A stretch of 64,000 nt of DNA from positions 248,001 to 312,000 of the forward strand of contig JAWMAR010000700.1 of the NCBI GenBank assembly GCA_036785375.1, in the 5' to 3' direction. The translations under genes were made by a program, and so were the position numbers. Origin of the DNA: Leucoraja ocellata. Lineage: Eukaryota. The notes beneath the pieces were generated by a model. That model was not told the origin of the DNA. It saw only the letters and a list, made by a program, of their open reading frames with translations, and made no database searches. Positions 25,723 through 40,160 of this stretch are shown piece by piece (the first letter of the stretch is position 1; every line of letters starts with the position of its first letter).

Positions 25723-27086
25723 GTTGAAACAAATGATAGTTTAACTGTAACACTAGTTTTACTTGACATGTTTACAAGATAGATGGGCACCTTAAGGTTA
25801 CAAAATTATATCACTTGTTTTAAAATCATTGGCAATAAACTCTTGCATTAACTTCTTGACACAGGCATTCAACGTCATATTTTTAACTTAGTCCATAAAA
25901 CCACCAGTACACATATTGTCACTGTCTTAATTAGTTGCAATGAACACTTACTCCCTGCCACTGGTATTAAGTTTTAATGCCAAGACCTTAAACGTTTTGC
26001 ATAGCCCTGTCAAGTGAGTTGATTACAAAATGCAGAATTCACTATCCATGAATAACTATTGAATAATAGTTTAAAGCATACAAACTAAATGGCATTGAAC
26101 CAGTCAATGAACCAGTCCCTTCCCTAGAGGTCAAAGGGATCAGCCTTTGATTATTTTTAAAACAGAGGTAAATAAACACTTTATTGAAGTAATGAAAAGT
26201 TACTGCATGTAGTCAGGAATATGGATTTGAAGGTACTATCAGAGCAGCATCTTCATATTAAATGGCAGAGTGGTTTAGGGCTTAGTCATGCACTTAATTG
26301 AAATGTTCCTCAGAATTTCTGGCATCACAGCGAGTTATTTTCTTGTTCTTCTGAACTCCAGTGAATGTAGGCCAATCTTTTTTATTTGCTGCTCCATTGG
26401 GCAATAGCCTACACCCCATGAATTCCAATAATTGAATGAAATTTTCAGGTAGCATTCTCCCTCTATGGATGTTGATGGAAGCATCCCTTGTAGGTCCTAG
26501 TTTTCGCCCACATCTTATAATTAAGCTTCAGATTGGTTACAGAAACTCGTTTATTCAGTAAAACCTCGGCACAATAAAATAGATCCCCAGGTTACGAACG
26601 TCCAACTTATCAACACAGACTTATGAACAACAAGGTCTCATAGTATTTTCCCTCTTGGACTCCAATGCCTTTTTCTGAAGGCGTGTGCATAATGTGGGAG
26701 AATTCCCATGAAAAATCAACTCCCACACATTTTAAATTATGCCCTCTGGTATTTGAGTATTTGCCTGGTTCATAAATGATAACCTGTAAATTTGGAAGTA
26801 TGACTTAATAAGCAATGACATCAAGCAATAATATTTTTAATATAAAATTCAAACTACTCTGATCAGATGATCTTTACTAAAATGGTTGAGAATTAGTACA
26901 ATTTTAAATCAAAGCATTTAGTTCAGTTTAGTTTTGAGATACGGCATGGAAACATGTCCTTTGGCCCACTGAGTCCACATCGACCATCGATTACCCGTAA
27001 ATGCACGGTTGCTGGAAAAAAATGAACAAAATAATAACCATGTTCTAGAAATACTTAATGAATGAATGGATTCTCAGTTGGCCATA

Positions 27087-27206
27087 ATGTGTAAGAAAGA
27101 ACTGCAGATGCTGGTTTAAATCGAAGGGCGACCCAAAACATCACCCATTCGTTCTCTCCAGAGATGCTGTCTCACCCACTGAGTTATTCCAGCATTTTGT
27201 GTCTAC
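27087..27206. mobile_element. Short rearranged Penelope-derived insertion
   Basis: TSD CTCA(G/A)TTGGCCATA at 27073-27086 and 27207-27220; two pieces of the family terminus in opposite orientation. Confidence 0.8.
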
Positions 27207-28134
27207 CTCAATTGGCCATACATCTTTTTCAAATGCCAATTCATTATACAATGGCGGTAACATAAATTGATATGCTAACATGTCTAAAACAAGTCTAGAT
27301 ACTTGGTTTTAAAATTTGTATTTAGAAGACAATCTCATAGGTTTTATTGTCAAAATAAAAGCAGCAACAACAGAATTAATGACTCTTGAAATCACAGAAT
27401 ACAGTTCTTGATAATTTTCAAGGTACTTCATTTTTCATTCCTGTAATTTTGTGGAATCACAATATCTTAACATGCATTGAGAATTGCATGTTAATTTACT
27501 AATTTAGAATTTATTTTGCCTTATGCAACACTCAGCAAGTGATTTGCACATGGACAAATTTGTTCAGTAATAAGAGACAACAGCTTTATTGTTTTAATAT
27601 TTAACCACACTAATATTTAACCACATGTGGTTGAGAACTCAGAAGACAAACATGAACAATATATAATTGCAATTATTTATTCTTTCAATTAACAATTTTA
27701 GTAATAGAAATATGTAGCCAGCATCCTCCATGCCTATGAAACTGGCAGCAACTGATGTACTTTGTATTTTCCTTCCCCATTACAACTTGCCAAAGAAAAG
27801 TAACGGGATCTGATGAAATAAAATAAAATGGCTATCCATCTAATTGCACAGGCAAAGCTGTTTGATCTACAGTACACAGATCGTGATGATCAAAATTCAC
27901 AGTTAAAAACAAAACTGCCACTGAAAAGTATTCTCCAGAAGATATTCCATAAGCCAACACCGTAGGAGCCAAATGTTGGTTAAATTGTCACTAAATTTTA
28001 AATTAAATACATTTCACAGTAACATTTGTGTTGCTTATTTAGTTTCTGTATAAAAGAATGTGTTTGGAGAAATATGTTTGGCAAAATCAAAACCCAATCA
28101 TACTTCTGTAATTCACAATGCCATAAATTCTGAT

Positions 28135-29325
28135 TATTGATAGGGGACGATCAGCCATGATCACAATGAATGGCGGTGCTGGCACGAAGGGCCGAATGGC
28201 CTCCTCCTGCACCTATTTTCTATGTTTCTAAATTAGAGCACATGGTATTGGGGGTAGGGTGTTGACATGGATAGAAAATTGGTGGGCAGCAAAAAGTAGG
28301 AGTAAACGGGCCCTTTTCAGAATGGCAGGTAGTGGCGAGTGGAGTGCCGCAAGGCTCGGTGTTGGGGCCGCAACTGTTTACCATATATACTAATGATTCG
28401 GAAGAGGGAACTAGGAGCAACACTAGCAAATTTGCGGATGACACAAAGCTGGGTGAGCTGCGAAGAGGATATTAGGCGGCTGCAGGATGACCTGGACAGG
28501 TTGAGTGAGTGGGCAGATGCGTGGCGGATGCAGTATAATATGGATAAATGTGAGGTTATCCACTTTGGCGGCAAAAACAAGGGGGCAGATTATTATCTCA
28601 ATGGGGTTAGGTTAGGTAAGGGGGAGGTGCAGCGAGACCTGGGCTTCCTTGTACACCGGTCACTGAAAGTTGGCTTACAAGTACAGCAGGCAGTGAAGAA
28701 AGCTAATGGAATGTTGGCCTTCATAACAAGAGGATTTCAGTATAGGAGTAAAGAGGTTTTTCTGCAGTTGTATAGAGCTCTGGTGAGACCACATCTGGAG
28801 TATTGTGTACAGTTTTGGTCTCCTAATTTGAGGAAGGACATCCTTGTGATTGAGGTAGTGCAGCGTAGGTTCACGAGACTGATCCCTGGGATGGCGTGAC
28901 TGTCATATGAGGAAAGATTGAAAAGACTAGGCTTGTAATCACTGGAGTTTAGAAGGATGAGGGGGATCTTATAGAAACATATAAAAATATAAAAGGATTG
29001 GACAAGCGAGATGCAGGAAAAATGGCCACAGTCTTAGAATAAAGGGGAGATCATTTAAGACTGAGGTGAGAAAAAACTTTTTCAACCAGAGAGTTGTGAA
29101 TTTATGGAATTCCCTGCCACAGAGGGCAGTGGAGGCCAAATCACTGGATGGATTTAAGAGAGAGTTAGATAGAGCTCTAGGGGCTAGTGGAGTCAAGGGA
29201 TATGGGGAGAAGGCAGGCACGGGTTATTGATAGGGAACGATCAGCCATGATCACAATGAATGGCGGTGCTGGCTCAAAGGGCCAAATGGCCTCCTCCTGC
29301 ACCTATTTTCTATGTATCTATGTAT
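28135..29325 (+). mobile_element. CR1: short 3' UTR copy (28135-28229) joined to a longer truncated copy
   Basis: RT peptide RPHLEYCVQFWSPNLRKD; two copies of the 3' UTR hairpin and tail. Confidence 0.9.
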
Positions 29326-29851
29326 TTAAACTGCCAATCCACAGAAAAGGAACTTTTACTATTATGGAATATAAACCAAAGAAAATGTTGGAAATACTCA
29401 GCAGGGCAAGCAGCATCTGCAGAGACAGAAACTGTAAATGTTTCAAGTCAATAATATATTTTGAAGATCCTAAGCCGCATCCTACCAAGGCAATTAATAT
29501 TTGTATAGCCTTTATCGAGAAAGTGAACGGTCAAAAAACTTTTCAGAGAACAAGTTCTGATGAAAATAGTTTTTTTCAAGCAATGTGAGGAAACTGTGCA
29601 ATTATAAATGGAAACTTTGTACCTTTGGTCAACAGGATATCCACCCCAAAATCTCCTTCAAAAGATAAGCAATGGGATTTCTTGAGTCATTGCAGTACAA
29701 ATGATGAGTGGCCAGGGTTACTAGAAAATGGTTCCCAGTATTTTAACCCAGTAATAAATAAAATAAAGCAATACATATTTTAGTTAAAATAGAGTGCAAG
29801 ATATGAAAGGAACTTGGAGATAATGCCTGGAGATCATCCACCACCCTGACA

Positions 29852-30734
29852 GAATCAGAATCAGAATCAGAATCAGAATCAATCAGAATCAATTTATTTG
29901 TCATTTGGACCCCTGGAGGTCCAAACGAAATGCCGTTTCTGCAGCCATACATAACACACAAATAGACCCCAGACATAACATAATTACATTTAACATAAAC
30001 ATCCATCACATAACTGTGATGGAGGCCAAATAAACGTATCTCTCCACTGCACTCTCCCCCCCCCCGATGTCAGAGTCAAAGTCATAGCCCCCGGCTGGCG
30101 ATGGCGATTGTCCCACGGCCATTAAAGCCACGCTGGGTGGTGCGAGGTCGCACACCGGGTCTTGGTGTTGGTGCCCCCGGTGTGCGCTCGCAGAGTCCGC
30201 GGCCATTCCAGCCGCGCGGGGCAGCGGTGCTAGGCCCCGCTCCAGGAGCTCTTCGACCCCGCAACTCGGGCGGGAGAAGTCGCCGCCGCAGAAGCCCCGA
30301 AAAGCGGTCTCTCTCCAGGGGGCCGTGGGCTCCCGGCGCCGCCGTCCACAGACCTGTAGAGAGCCTCCGACTCTCCGGCAGCAGCAGCAGCAGCAACAGC
30401 ATCAGCAGCAGCAGCGCTCCTCCACCGCTCTGGACCCGGCCAGCTCCGCGACGGTGAGGTGAGTCGACACCTGAGTCCCCGGTCTCTTCCTGTTGGAGGC
30501 CGCTCCTCGTTACGGCCTCAGCGACGACTGAGACCCGACGAGAAAAGGTCGGGTCTCAGTGCAGGGAGAGATTCAAAAAGTTTCCCCCCCCCTCCCACCC
30601 CACCCCCGGCCCCCCACACACACACCCCAACATAAAATAACAAAAACTACACAGAAACACAGACAAAAAATAATAAAAACGCGGACAGGCTGCAGAGGCC
30701 GCTGCTGGCCAGAGCCGCGCCGCCTACCGGAAAA
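29852..30734 (-). mobile_element. Non-coding GC-rich retroposon with (GATTCT)n tail
   Basis: AATAAA then (GATTCT)n on the minus strand; TSD CCTGACA at 29845-29851 and 30735-30741; internal (CAG)n. Confidence 0.75.
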
Positions 30735-31555
30735 CCTGACAAAGACATACAGTGCATGCTGCAGATGTGCCAGTTGAATAATTAAGGTAGTGGCAAAATG
30801 CCAAAGTGGCAGACACCTTTAGAAAAAAGTGCTCTTGTAGCCCCACTCTTCCAAATAGATGGAAAATGTTATATCACACATCTGAGAAGTGTGTTCTACT
30901 TGGTGGGTAGGATGTAGCTCATCCAACCTAGCTTCTGCTGCGAGCCTCGCTGTTACTTAAGTGTGACAATGGTAATGGCATTCAATTCAATGTCGAGTGG
31001 AAGTAGTTCAGCACTCATCTGTTGAAAATGATCATTGTCTGGCACCTGGCCCACTCCATCTGAGCAGCTTGGCAAGGTAAGAACAGCTTGGAGAATAGCA
31101 CTCCTTATGTCGTTTATCAAGATCACAACTGCAAGGTAGAAGAGCTCTTACATTTTTTTAAGTATTGCTTTCCACCTCCCTGTAACCAAAATGTACCTCA
31201 TATTTAAGATTTGCAGCCTCCTTTTTAAATAGTACCACTGATGCTCTGTTGATGCCTCCAGTAAGGACAACTTCCAATCCACAGTACAATTTATGGTGGC
31301 ATTTCACCCATTTCAACAGTGGATGAGGACTTGTGACTCATTGTGCCAGTGATGCGGCATGTTCTACCTGTGGGGCATCCAGATAGATTTCTACCTTGAT
31401 GTATTTATTCAAAGTCTATTGGACTTTCTCAATAACAATGTATCAATACGTTTTACTTCCTCCCATTGATTGTGCTTGTATTTAACCATGTTTACATTCA
31501 AAATACTCTACAGCTGATCTACTTTACCACAAAATGTTGTTGTGGGGGAACACAA

Positions 31556-31864
31556 CAGGGCTCAAAATTAGTGGTGCCCGGGTGCCACAGACCACTGGAC
31601 CATCCCCGTCCCCACCCGAGAGCCCCCCCACGCCCGAGGGTGGCCAGAGACGTCGGAGTCAGATGGGCGCGGTGCCCCCAGGCCCACAGCCACCGCAGAG
31701 AAGCAGCGCTAAACCCAGCTCAGCTATGTCTGTCCCGCCAGGTTAACTTACAGCCCTGCCTGGATTTACGGGAAATATGTCATCAGTCCAGGCATGACCC
31801 GGCGAGACGGGCAAAGTTGAGCTGCATTTAGCGCTGGATTGAGCCTCCGAATCCGCGTGCGTGC

Positions 31865-31895
<31 letters not shown>

Positions 31896-33725
31896 CGCAT
31901 GCGCGCTGGCTGCCAAGATACTGTGTGTCCCCCGGTCCCCTCCTTATTTTGATAATGATTTCCGTGCCTGACAGGTGTTGTCCGAGGAGCACTAACCTTC
32001 CTTCCCACCTCCTCTGCCCCTTCCTCTCTCTTTCTCTCTCTTGTACACCCCTCCACCCCCCTTATCCTGAGACCCCTCCTCTCTATCCCGCACTGATCCC
32101 CATTCCTGCCTCTATTCAGTCCTCACTGACATCCCGTGTGCTCCCCTCCTCATCTACTCCCCCCCCATCTATTCATCCTGCACTGATCTCCCTATCCACC
32201 TCGCATTGATTCTCCTGCCACTCCCCATCAATTCATCCTGTACTGACCCCCCTTCCCATCCATTCTGCACTGCTCCACCCCTTCATCCAGCACTGCACCC
32301 CCCATCCATCCTGCACAGATCCCCCATTATGCAACCCACTGTCATCCCCCGCGTTCTCCCCTCACAATTTCACCTACTCCAACCAACACGCTCTAATTCC
32401 CCTGCCTCAATCCATCCATTCCGCACCGATTGCCTTCTCAACCCCCCCCCCCCCTCCCCCCACCGCCATCTATCCATCCTGCACTGATTCACACACACCC
32501 CCCTCCCCCCCCCCCGCCCCACCCGACCCTATTGTGCTGGAAATAACGTCTTCAGAGCGAACATTGACTATGTTTGATAACGGAATGCAATCAAATATGT
32601 TTTAATTCCCAATGTTATTATTTGTTTTAATCCATAAAGATGGATTAATTAAATTGTGAACACGTGAAACATTAAAACCGCAGTGTTCGATTGTCACTGC
32701 TACCGTTGACACGTTATTACAGAATTCATTTTAACGGCAAATCAATCCTCTTAATATGGAATATCAGTGCTGTAGTTATTTAATGAGCAACATTCACAAC
32801 CATACGTTCTATTTATCCAGGTTTTACTTCTACAGTCAGTCATATACATCACAAATTTGGTCAGGAGATATTTCAGTTGAAATTTAATGTTAATTCTGAA
32901 GTGGGAATGATGGAAAAAATGTTTATCAACAATTTTTTTTAATTTGTCGCTTACAAACTGGGTATCTTCATTGCTGTTCACAACACATACATCTAATCAG
33001 AATGTCCAGTAATGTGGCGTCTTGACACCTTTAAATATATTACCAAAAGAACATTTGCTGCAGTTATGTCCTTTGGCCATCTCTTGTTAGTTAGTGTAAT
33101 GTTTAACCTGTCAGATGGGTATAGTCAGTTTTAACAACTATTATCATAAAATGCCTTTAGAAAATTCCTTGCAACCTGCATATTTTGTTGTGGATAAATT
33201 ATGTGAGAAGCGAGAGTATTTCTGTACCAATAGCAATAACGACCCATGCTATGGCCATGTCATGATAATTTTCGGTCCTTCACAGAAAACATGCTTGCAT
33301 CAATCTGTAGTGTGCATGGTTAAGCATATATGTTATCATGGTCCAGGATTTACTGACACAAGTTGATCAAATGCTGAATAATCGAACCACATTTTTGTTT
33401 GGAAGTGGAAAGAAATAATAACATTTGCATTAATTGCAATGTGTAAAAGAGCGAAATACTGTATTATAAATTTGCTGCATGTCATTGTGATATATATCAT
33501 GTCTTGATTGGTGAATATGTTTAGTTTGTGACTTCTGCAGAAATAATATGTGAATGCTTCATTGAGCATAATTCCGACTTGTAACTACACACTTCGTCTG
33601 AGCACATTATCGCCAGCGTCATGCAAGTCATCTTAAATGACCACCTAAACTGTCATTTGGCAACCTAAAAAGCTGCCAAGGTTGCCCGGCTGGGAACAGG
33701 GAAAAAAAGTTAAGTGAGAACCCTG
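31556..33725. mobile_element. Non-autonomous DNA transposon with CAGGG termini and 5-bp TSD (hAT5-like)
   Basis: Ends CAGGGCTC...GAACCCTG; TSD CACAA at 31551-31555 and 33726-33730; subterminal GGCAAC/GTTGCC motifs; second copy at 52131-53160. Confidence 0.8.
31856..31896. repeat. (GT)n/(GCGT)n microsatellite
   Basis: Direct reading. Confidence 0.95.
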
Positions 33726-34919
33726 CACAATGGCACATATTTAATGTACAGGAATTCACTTGTGGTTATTCCATTAACTACTAGACTTTTGCATTGAAAG
33801 ATCCATCATTCAAGGCCCATCAATTTTCTGGGCAGCAGCAAAAATTAAGGCAGGTTTGCATATGTTATCCCTGAAGTAACCAAGAATGAAACGAGTCCCG
33901 GTGGAACAAAGCTGTGCAACACTCTAGGTTCACATGCTACAGTGGCCCATAAAGCACAGGGATTTGCTGGCAGTCAGATGTGGAACTGCCAGCATTATTT
34001 ACACAAGTTGCAGAACTTTGTTTACCAGCTGTGTTCCACTGCTGTACACTGCTTGAAGTTCTCACAGTGAACTTATCTCAGTTCCTTCCCCAGTTGACCT
34101 CAAATGGCCGTTGCAACCATCTATTCCTCCAGTTTGGTCATCCTACAAACCATCGACCCTCTTTACACCAGGCTCTCTTCAGCCTTCATTTCCTGGGGTG
34201 GATGGGGGGGCGCCTTCTGCAGCCAGAACCCCCACCCACCCCCCCACCGGTTCCTCTCACTGGGCCTTTTGTCCAGGCTGCTGCAGGACCCCCAGGGGGC
34301 CTGTCCACCGTCAAAGCCCAGCCCTGCTTCCCACCGCCAGTCCATTTACCGGCCCTCGGTTTGTCTTCCTCCTCTCCAGAGCGAGCAGAGGTCGTGCTCG
34401 GCTGCAACCCCTCCAGTTCCATTCTCGCTGCCGTGGCATCTTTTACATTAGAACCACTTGAATTCTCCTGCTTCTGAATTCCCTGGCACATTTGGACCAT
34501 GTTAAAGAAGTTAAAATACTAAAAGTTGTTTTTCTCATATCCCAAAATAAAATAATTATTTGAAAACCATTCCCCCATGTGCGATTATGGTCTTGGACTC
34601 CTTCCATTTGAGGAACAAAATTAGGAAAGTTGAGGTCCAGGTGAGCCAAAATATCATTGGGAAGAGTGAAGTTTTATCTTTTCCTATGGAAACTTCCAGC
34701 TTTCTGTTCTGCCCATTAAGTACATTCTGAGTCTCACTCCGTAGAATAAGCCAAACCTCCTTTCGGCAGTTAAAATCTCTATATTTAAGTTTAATTTCAC
34801 ATGTGTTGTTCCACTAATGTTTCAAAATAAGAGAAAAATAGATAGTCTGCTTACATTCCCAACATTAAATAGACAGATAAATAGACTAGTCACTGTACAT
34901 AACATCTCTAAATTGATTG

Positions 34920-35675
34920 CGCACCTGGGTGGGGTATGGGGTAGAGAGGGAGAAAGGGAAAGGGTGAATTGTTACCTAAAATTGGAGAATTCAATGTTCA
35001 TATTTTTGTGTTGGAAGCTACGCAAGCAAAATACGAGATGCTGTTCCTTTAGTTTGCGATGACCTCATTCCAGCAATGGGGGGGAAGATAGCAAAGGACA
35101 TAAAAGGTGAGTAACTGTTATGAGAAGTGGTGGACGGAGTGTAGATACCTTAGATCCTGATTGAGTCCAAACTAGGACAACCGGAAATGGTGCTGGAAGC
35201 CCAGTGACACAAGATGGCAGTGAAGGCAATGGCTGACAAACATGGCTATGGTAGAGAGCCCGGCTCAGAACACAGTCAAAGAGCAGGAGAGCAGCAGGAA
35301 GCACAGAGGGGGAGCTGCGAGAGAATCACATATAACACTCCGCAGAGAGGAGGAGAAAAACTTCTTCAAAGTAGGGCAGAGCATGAGGAGAATTCGCAAT
35401 GGAGCAGTAACTGCAGATATACAAAAAAGTTCTGGAGTAACTTATCGGTTCAAGTTTTGGAGGACATGGGCAGGGATGTTTTTGGTTGGGACTCATCTTC
35501 AGACTGATTATAATAGAGGGGGAAAAGCAGGAATAGAGGCTAGGATAGGATAAAGCCTAGCAAGTGATGGATGGATACAGATGCGGGAGAAGGGGGTGAT
35601 TGGCAGATAGTTGGCCAAAGGCCAGAGATGAAAATAAGACAAAAGGATGTAAGATAAGAGGAGTGAAATGTAAAT
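34920..35675 (-). mobile_element. Rearranged, decayed Penelope-like fragments
   Basis: Minus strand 34970-35060 encodes RKLKEQHLVFCLRSFQHKNMNIEFSNFR (GIY-YIG C-terminus); decayed terminal/hammerhead region at 35430-35510. Confidence 0.7.
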
Positions 35676-36535
35676 GTAGAAAAGTACAGTACAGAAATCG
35701 GCCCTTCAGCCCACAATGTCTGTGCTGATGCCCAATTAAACTGTTCTGATCTACCATTATCTGATCCACATCCCCATTCCCTCCAGTTCCATGTGCTATC
35801 CAAAAGCCTCTATAATGGCATTATTTTATCCGTCTGTCTAGTGCATACCCTGTTTAGTGCATTCCAGGCCCTACAACTCTGTATAAAAGAATACTTGCCG
35901 TGCACATCTCGATAAACCTTTCCCCCCTCTAACCTTATAAATATAGCCTTTAATGTTGGACATTTCCACCTGGGAAAAAAGATTCTGCCTATCCCATCTG
36001 TGCCTCTCTCCTAATCCTCTCACCATCACTTGTAAAAATGCTATTCCCTTTGCTCAATTTCACCATCTACCTATCAAAATGCCTCTTCATCTGCATTTTA
36101 TCTGCCAGGCTTTATGCTGGCCCTCCTTCATTTAGCTTTCTTTCTTTACCAAAGGCAGTGTTAAATGTGTCTCATGGTGGTGTCAGGATGTTTTACTCTG
36201 TTTGTGGAAATCACTCATTGAAGTCAAAGGGAGAACTTTCCCTTGTTGAATTGGCAGCAGTTTCTATTTGTAATTTGAAAAATCTAGTCTCTCTGAGGTC
36301 ATCAATAGTTTGCTACAATTGATTAATTGTTGCGTTGTTTGTCAAAAATACTTTCTGGAGAACATATCTCTGGGGGGAAAAAAAGGTCTATTGTCATTTG
36401 TATAGATTCTCAGTTTAAGATCGATAATAATTGTTTAGAAATTCTCTTCCAGGCCAATTGCTGTTGTATGTGGAGAACATGAAAAGATTGTGTATGTAAA
36501 TTTAAAACTACTTTGAAGAATTTCTTGGCAGTGTA

Positions 36536-36729
36536 TGTTAAAGACAATCGATACTTAAATTATAAAACCTTGTCACTTACAATTAGTATCCTGGACGGCA
36601 GAATTAAGAACACAACTTACACACTGGTTGCCTGGATCACGAGAGAGAGAGATTTATTATCCAGCAACCCCTGCTTATATTGAACACCAACTCATTAACA
36701 TACATATGAATATGTATGAATACATTACA
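36536..36729 (-). repeat. Putative 3' LTR of the Gypsy element
   Basis: Minus strand: purine tract AAAAAAGGAGA then TGTAATG at 36729; AATAAA at 36653-36658; left boundary uncertain. Confidence 0.55.
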
Positions 36730-38083
36730 CTGATCTCCTTTTTTAAAGTATTAAATCTAAGTACTCAGGTACAATTTTGTTGTTGTGATACTTGTTTTAC
36801 ATATCTACACATTTTTGTTTTACTTGTGCAATGAGTTATTTAACTTACAAACCTAACCTGACTACTGGTTTACGGATCCTGCCTGATCATCTAACAGTAA
36901 CAGGTGCAACAGGTTTAGGTGTTGACTCAACTGTACGCTAGTTTGGTTCTGTTTTAGTACTCTGACTTTGACCAGAGGAATCTGTTTCTTTGTCTGTACT
37001 AACTGAACTTTGTGTTTCAATCACAGTGGTCTCTGCCAACTCACTTTCAAATTTTTATTGTCAGAGATTTGGACTTCATGCTCAGTTTTTGGTTCATCTT
37101 TGGCTGGAATCATTTGATCAACATGAACACTATCGATCCTACCTCCAACTTCAACTAAGTGTCTTTTCGTTCCACACTTCCACTGTTTTCCCAACATTCC
37201 ATTTGTCTCGACTGGACATGTTGGGAGGACTGAGAACACAAACTTGCTCACTCTCCTTTTTGTGGAATTCGAAATGGCGTTTTTAACTTGACTGTTTTTG
37301 CTCAACTCTCAAAGCCAAATTAGGTTGAACTAGACTTAGGCGTATTCTTAGCCTTCTCTTCATCAACAGTTCTGCAGGTGAGTAACCTGGTGTTGTGTGG
37401 ATCTGTACTTCAGCAAGAAACTAGCCAAATGATGTTTCATGCTGAGCTTTGAACAACCCTGCAAAACCTGTTTCTTGAGAGCATCTTTGACAACTCTAAC
37501 AGTCCTTTCCGCCACCCTGTTGTAGGCTAGATGGTATGGGGGAACAAGTGTGTGTTTTACGCCATTCCGCTGCATGAACTCTTTGAACCGTTCAGAACAT
37601 AACCGAGGCCCGTTATCAGAAAAAAGTTCTTCCGGTAAACCATGGCATGCAAAAATTGATCTCAACTCATCTATGGTACACTCAATAGTAGTGCTTGACC
37701 CCATATGCTTAACCTCAATCCATTTGGAATGACTATCTACTAGTACCAGAAACTGATCATTACCCATTTCACAAAAATCTACATGAACTCTCTGAAAGGG
37801 TCTACTTGGCCATGACCAGAGTTCATGTGGTGTTTTTGGTGGTTTACTCCAGCGATTTTGGCAGATGCTACATTTGATCACCTGTGACTCGATGCCACTG
37901 ACACTACCAGGCCAATACACAAAACTTCTGGCAATTGACTTCATGCTTACCATGCCACGATGTTCGGCATGAAGTTTATTCATAATTTTGTTTCTCAAAG
38001 ACTCTGGTACATCCACTCTGTAACCCCACTTAATGCATCTCTGCTCAAATGATAATTCATGGCATAGATTATGGAAAGGCTTA

Positions 38084-38747
38084 CAAAGGATACAAAGGAT
38101 ACAAAGGACATTTATTATCACATACAACAATTGGTGTAGTGAAATTTGACTTGCCATTGCAACACAAATAAAGATAAGACACAACATCAAAGAATTTAAC
38201 AGTAAACATAAAAACATCCCCCCACAACGGTTTCCACTATGAGGGAAGGCAGCAAAAGTCCAGTCCCGCCCCGGTTCACCCATAGTCGGGCCTATTGAGG
38301 CCTCTGCAGTCGCCGAAACGGAAGCCCAATGCTTCAGGTCCTCTCGCTGGATGATGGAGTTCTGGCGTCGAGTGAACACTCTCAGTGGCTCGGAGTGTCT
38401 GGAGCGGCCGCTTCCTCCCCGGAGACCACGGCTCCCGAAGTCCACGGGCCGCGCTGGTCGGAGCTCCGACTCTGGCGACCTCGTCATGAGATCCCATGCT
38501 CCGCGGTGTTTAAAGTTCAGCGCCGCCCGCAGCTGGAAGCTCCGCAGACCGCAGCTCCGCGATGTTGGAGTCGGCGGTCACAGCACTCCGGAGCTTACTG
38601 CACGGCAACCGGGGTAAGGCATCGCCCACTCCACCATGGTGCCTCAGTGCTGAACCTCCACAGAAGCTGTCCTGGCCGATCCCGGCAAGAAAACGCCGCT
38701 CCAGTCTGCCCGTAGGCCACGAGGAAGGGGCGAAAACACGGCAAACG
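38084..38747 (-). mobile_element. Non-coding GC-rich retroposon inserted in Gypsy pol
   Basis: (CCTTTGTAT)n tail after AATAAA; paralog at 25141-25722. Confidence 0.85.
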
Positions 38748-40160
38748 TGGAAAACATGGAATTTCTTGATTCTGAACATGATGATGAGTACTTCCTTTTC
38801 TACCTGTGCAAAATTACTCTCACTCGGTGATACGGTGCGGGATGCAAAAGCAATAGGTACACCATAACTTGAAACAACACAAGCAAGTTTCATCTCGCGT
38901 GTTGTATCATAGTGAACAAGAAGTTTATCACTTGTTAGGTTTTCCTTGCAGATGTCATATGCACATTGCTGTTCCTTTCCCCACGTCCATATCACATCTT
39001 TTTGTAGCAGATGATGAAGTGGCTTCAGCACAGTTGCAAAATCTGAAAGGAATCGTGCATAGAACTGCAGCATCCCAAGGAATGATCATAGCCATGACAC
39101 ATTGCTGGGTTTTGGAGCATTCACTATTGCTCAAAATTCGCCTTCACAGAGAAAAGTCGTTTGGCGTCTACTTTGAGTCCAAGATAGACCACTTCTGACA
39201 GCGCAAATGCACTTTTACTTTGTCACAGTTTGACAATGTGACAGTTCAGTCATGTGAGAACTTGCTCGAGGATTTGCAGATGTTCTTACCATGCCCTCTG
39301 TGAATATCAGTAAGTCATCCTGGTTGCACACAGTGCGGTAACATTTTGTCCTTGACAGACTGGAAAATTTTCGGGGAGGATTTCACACCATAAGGCAGCT
39401 TTGTATATGAATACAACCCCTTATGTGTGATGATAGTCAAGTACTGCTGACTTTCCTTGTTGACATTGAGTTGGGCGTAAGCGTGAGACAAATCCAGTTT
39501 AGTGAAGATTCTTCCTCCGCTAAGTTCTGCGTACAGATCTTGCGAGGTTGGTAACAGATGTTGTTCGTCATCCATGGCTTGGTTGATTGTGACTTTGTAG
39601 TCACCACATAGTCGAACAGTTTTATCAGCCTTGGGTACGGCCACAATTGGCGTTGCCCAGTTACTCTGGTCTGTCTTCACGAATACTCCATTCCGCTCTA
39701 ACGTGTCAAGTTCTTCCTCCACTTGTTGCTTTAGTGCATATGGTACAGGTCTTGGTCGGCAATACACAGGCCTCACATCTTGCTCAAGTTGAATGTGTGC
39801 AGAGTACCGTGTTATTCCTGTGTAATTGTCGGCAGAAATTTCTGCATGTTTGCTTATGACATTTTCAAGACGTGATTTGGACAAATTGACGCTGAAAATG
39901 TTCTTCCAGTCGAACTCTATTCTACTCAGCCAATCTTTTCCAAGGAGGGTTGGTTTATTTCTGTAGCTGGCTACTACGATGGGCAGTGTTACTGACTGAC
40001 CATTATGCTGAACTTTACAGTTCATTTGTCCGCATGACTCAAAAACTTTGCCCGAGTAGGTTCTCAGCTTGACCTCACTCTCCAATAATGGTGTCTGTGG
40101 GAACTTTGTTTCGTACAGGTCTTTGTTCATGACCGAACAATCTGCTGCCGTGTCGATACG

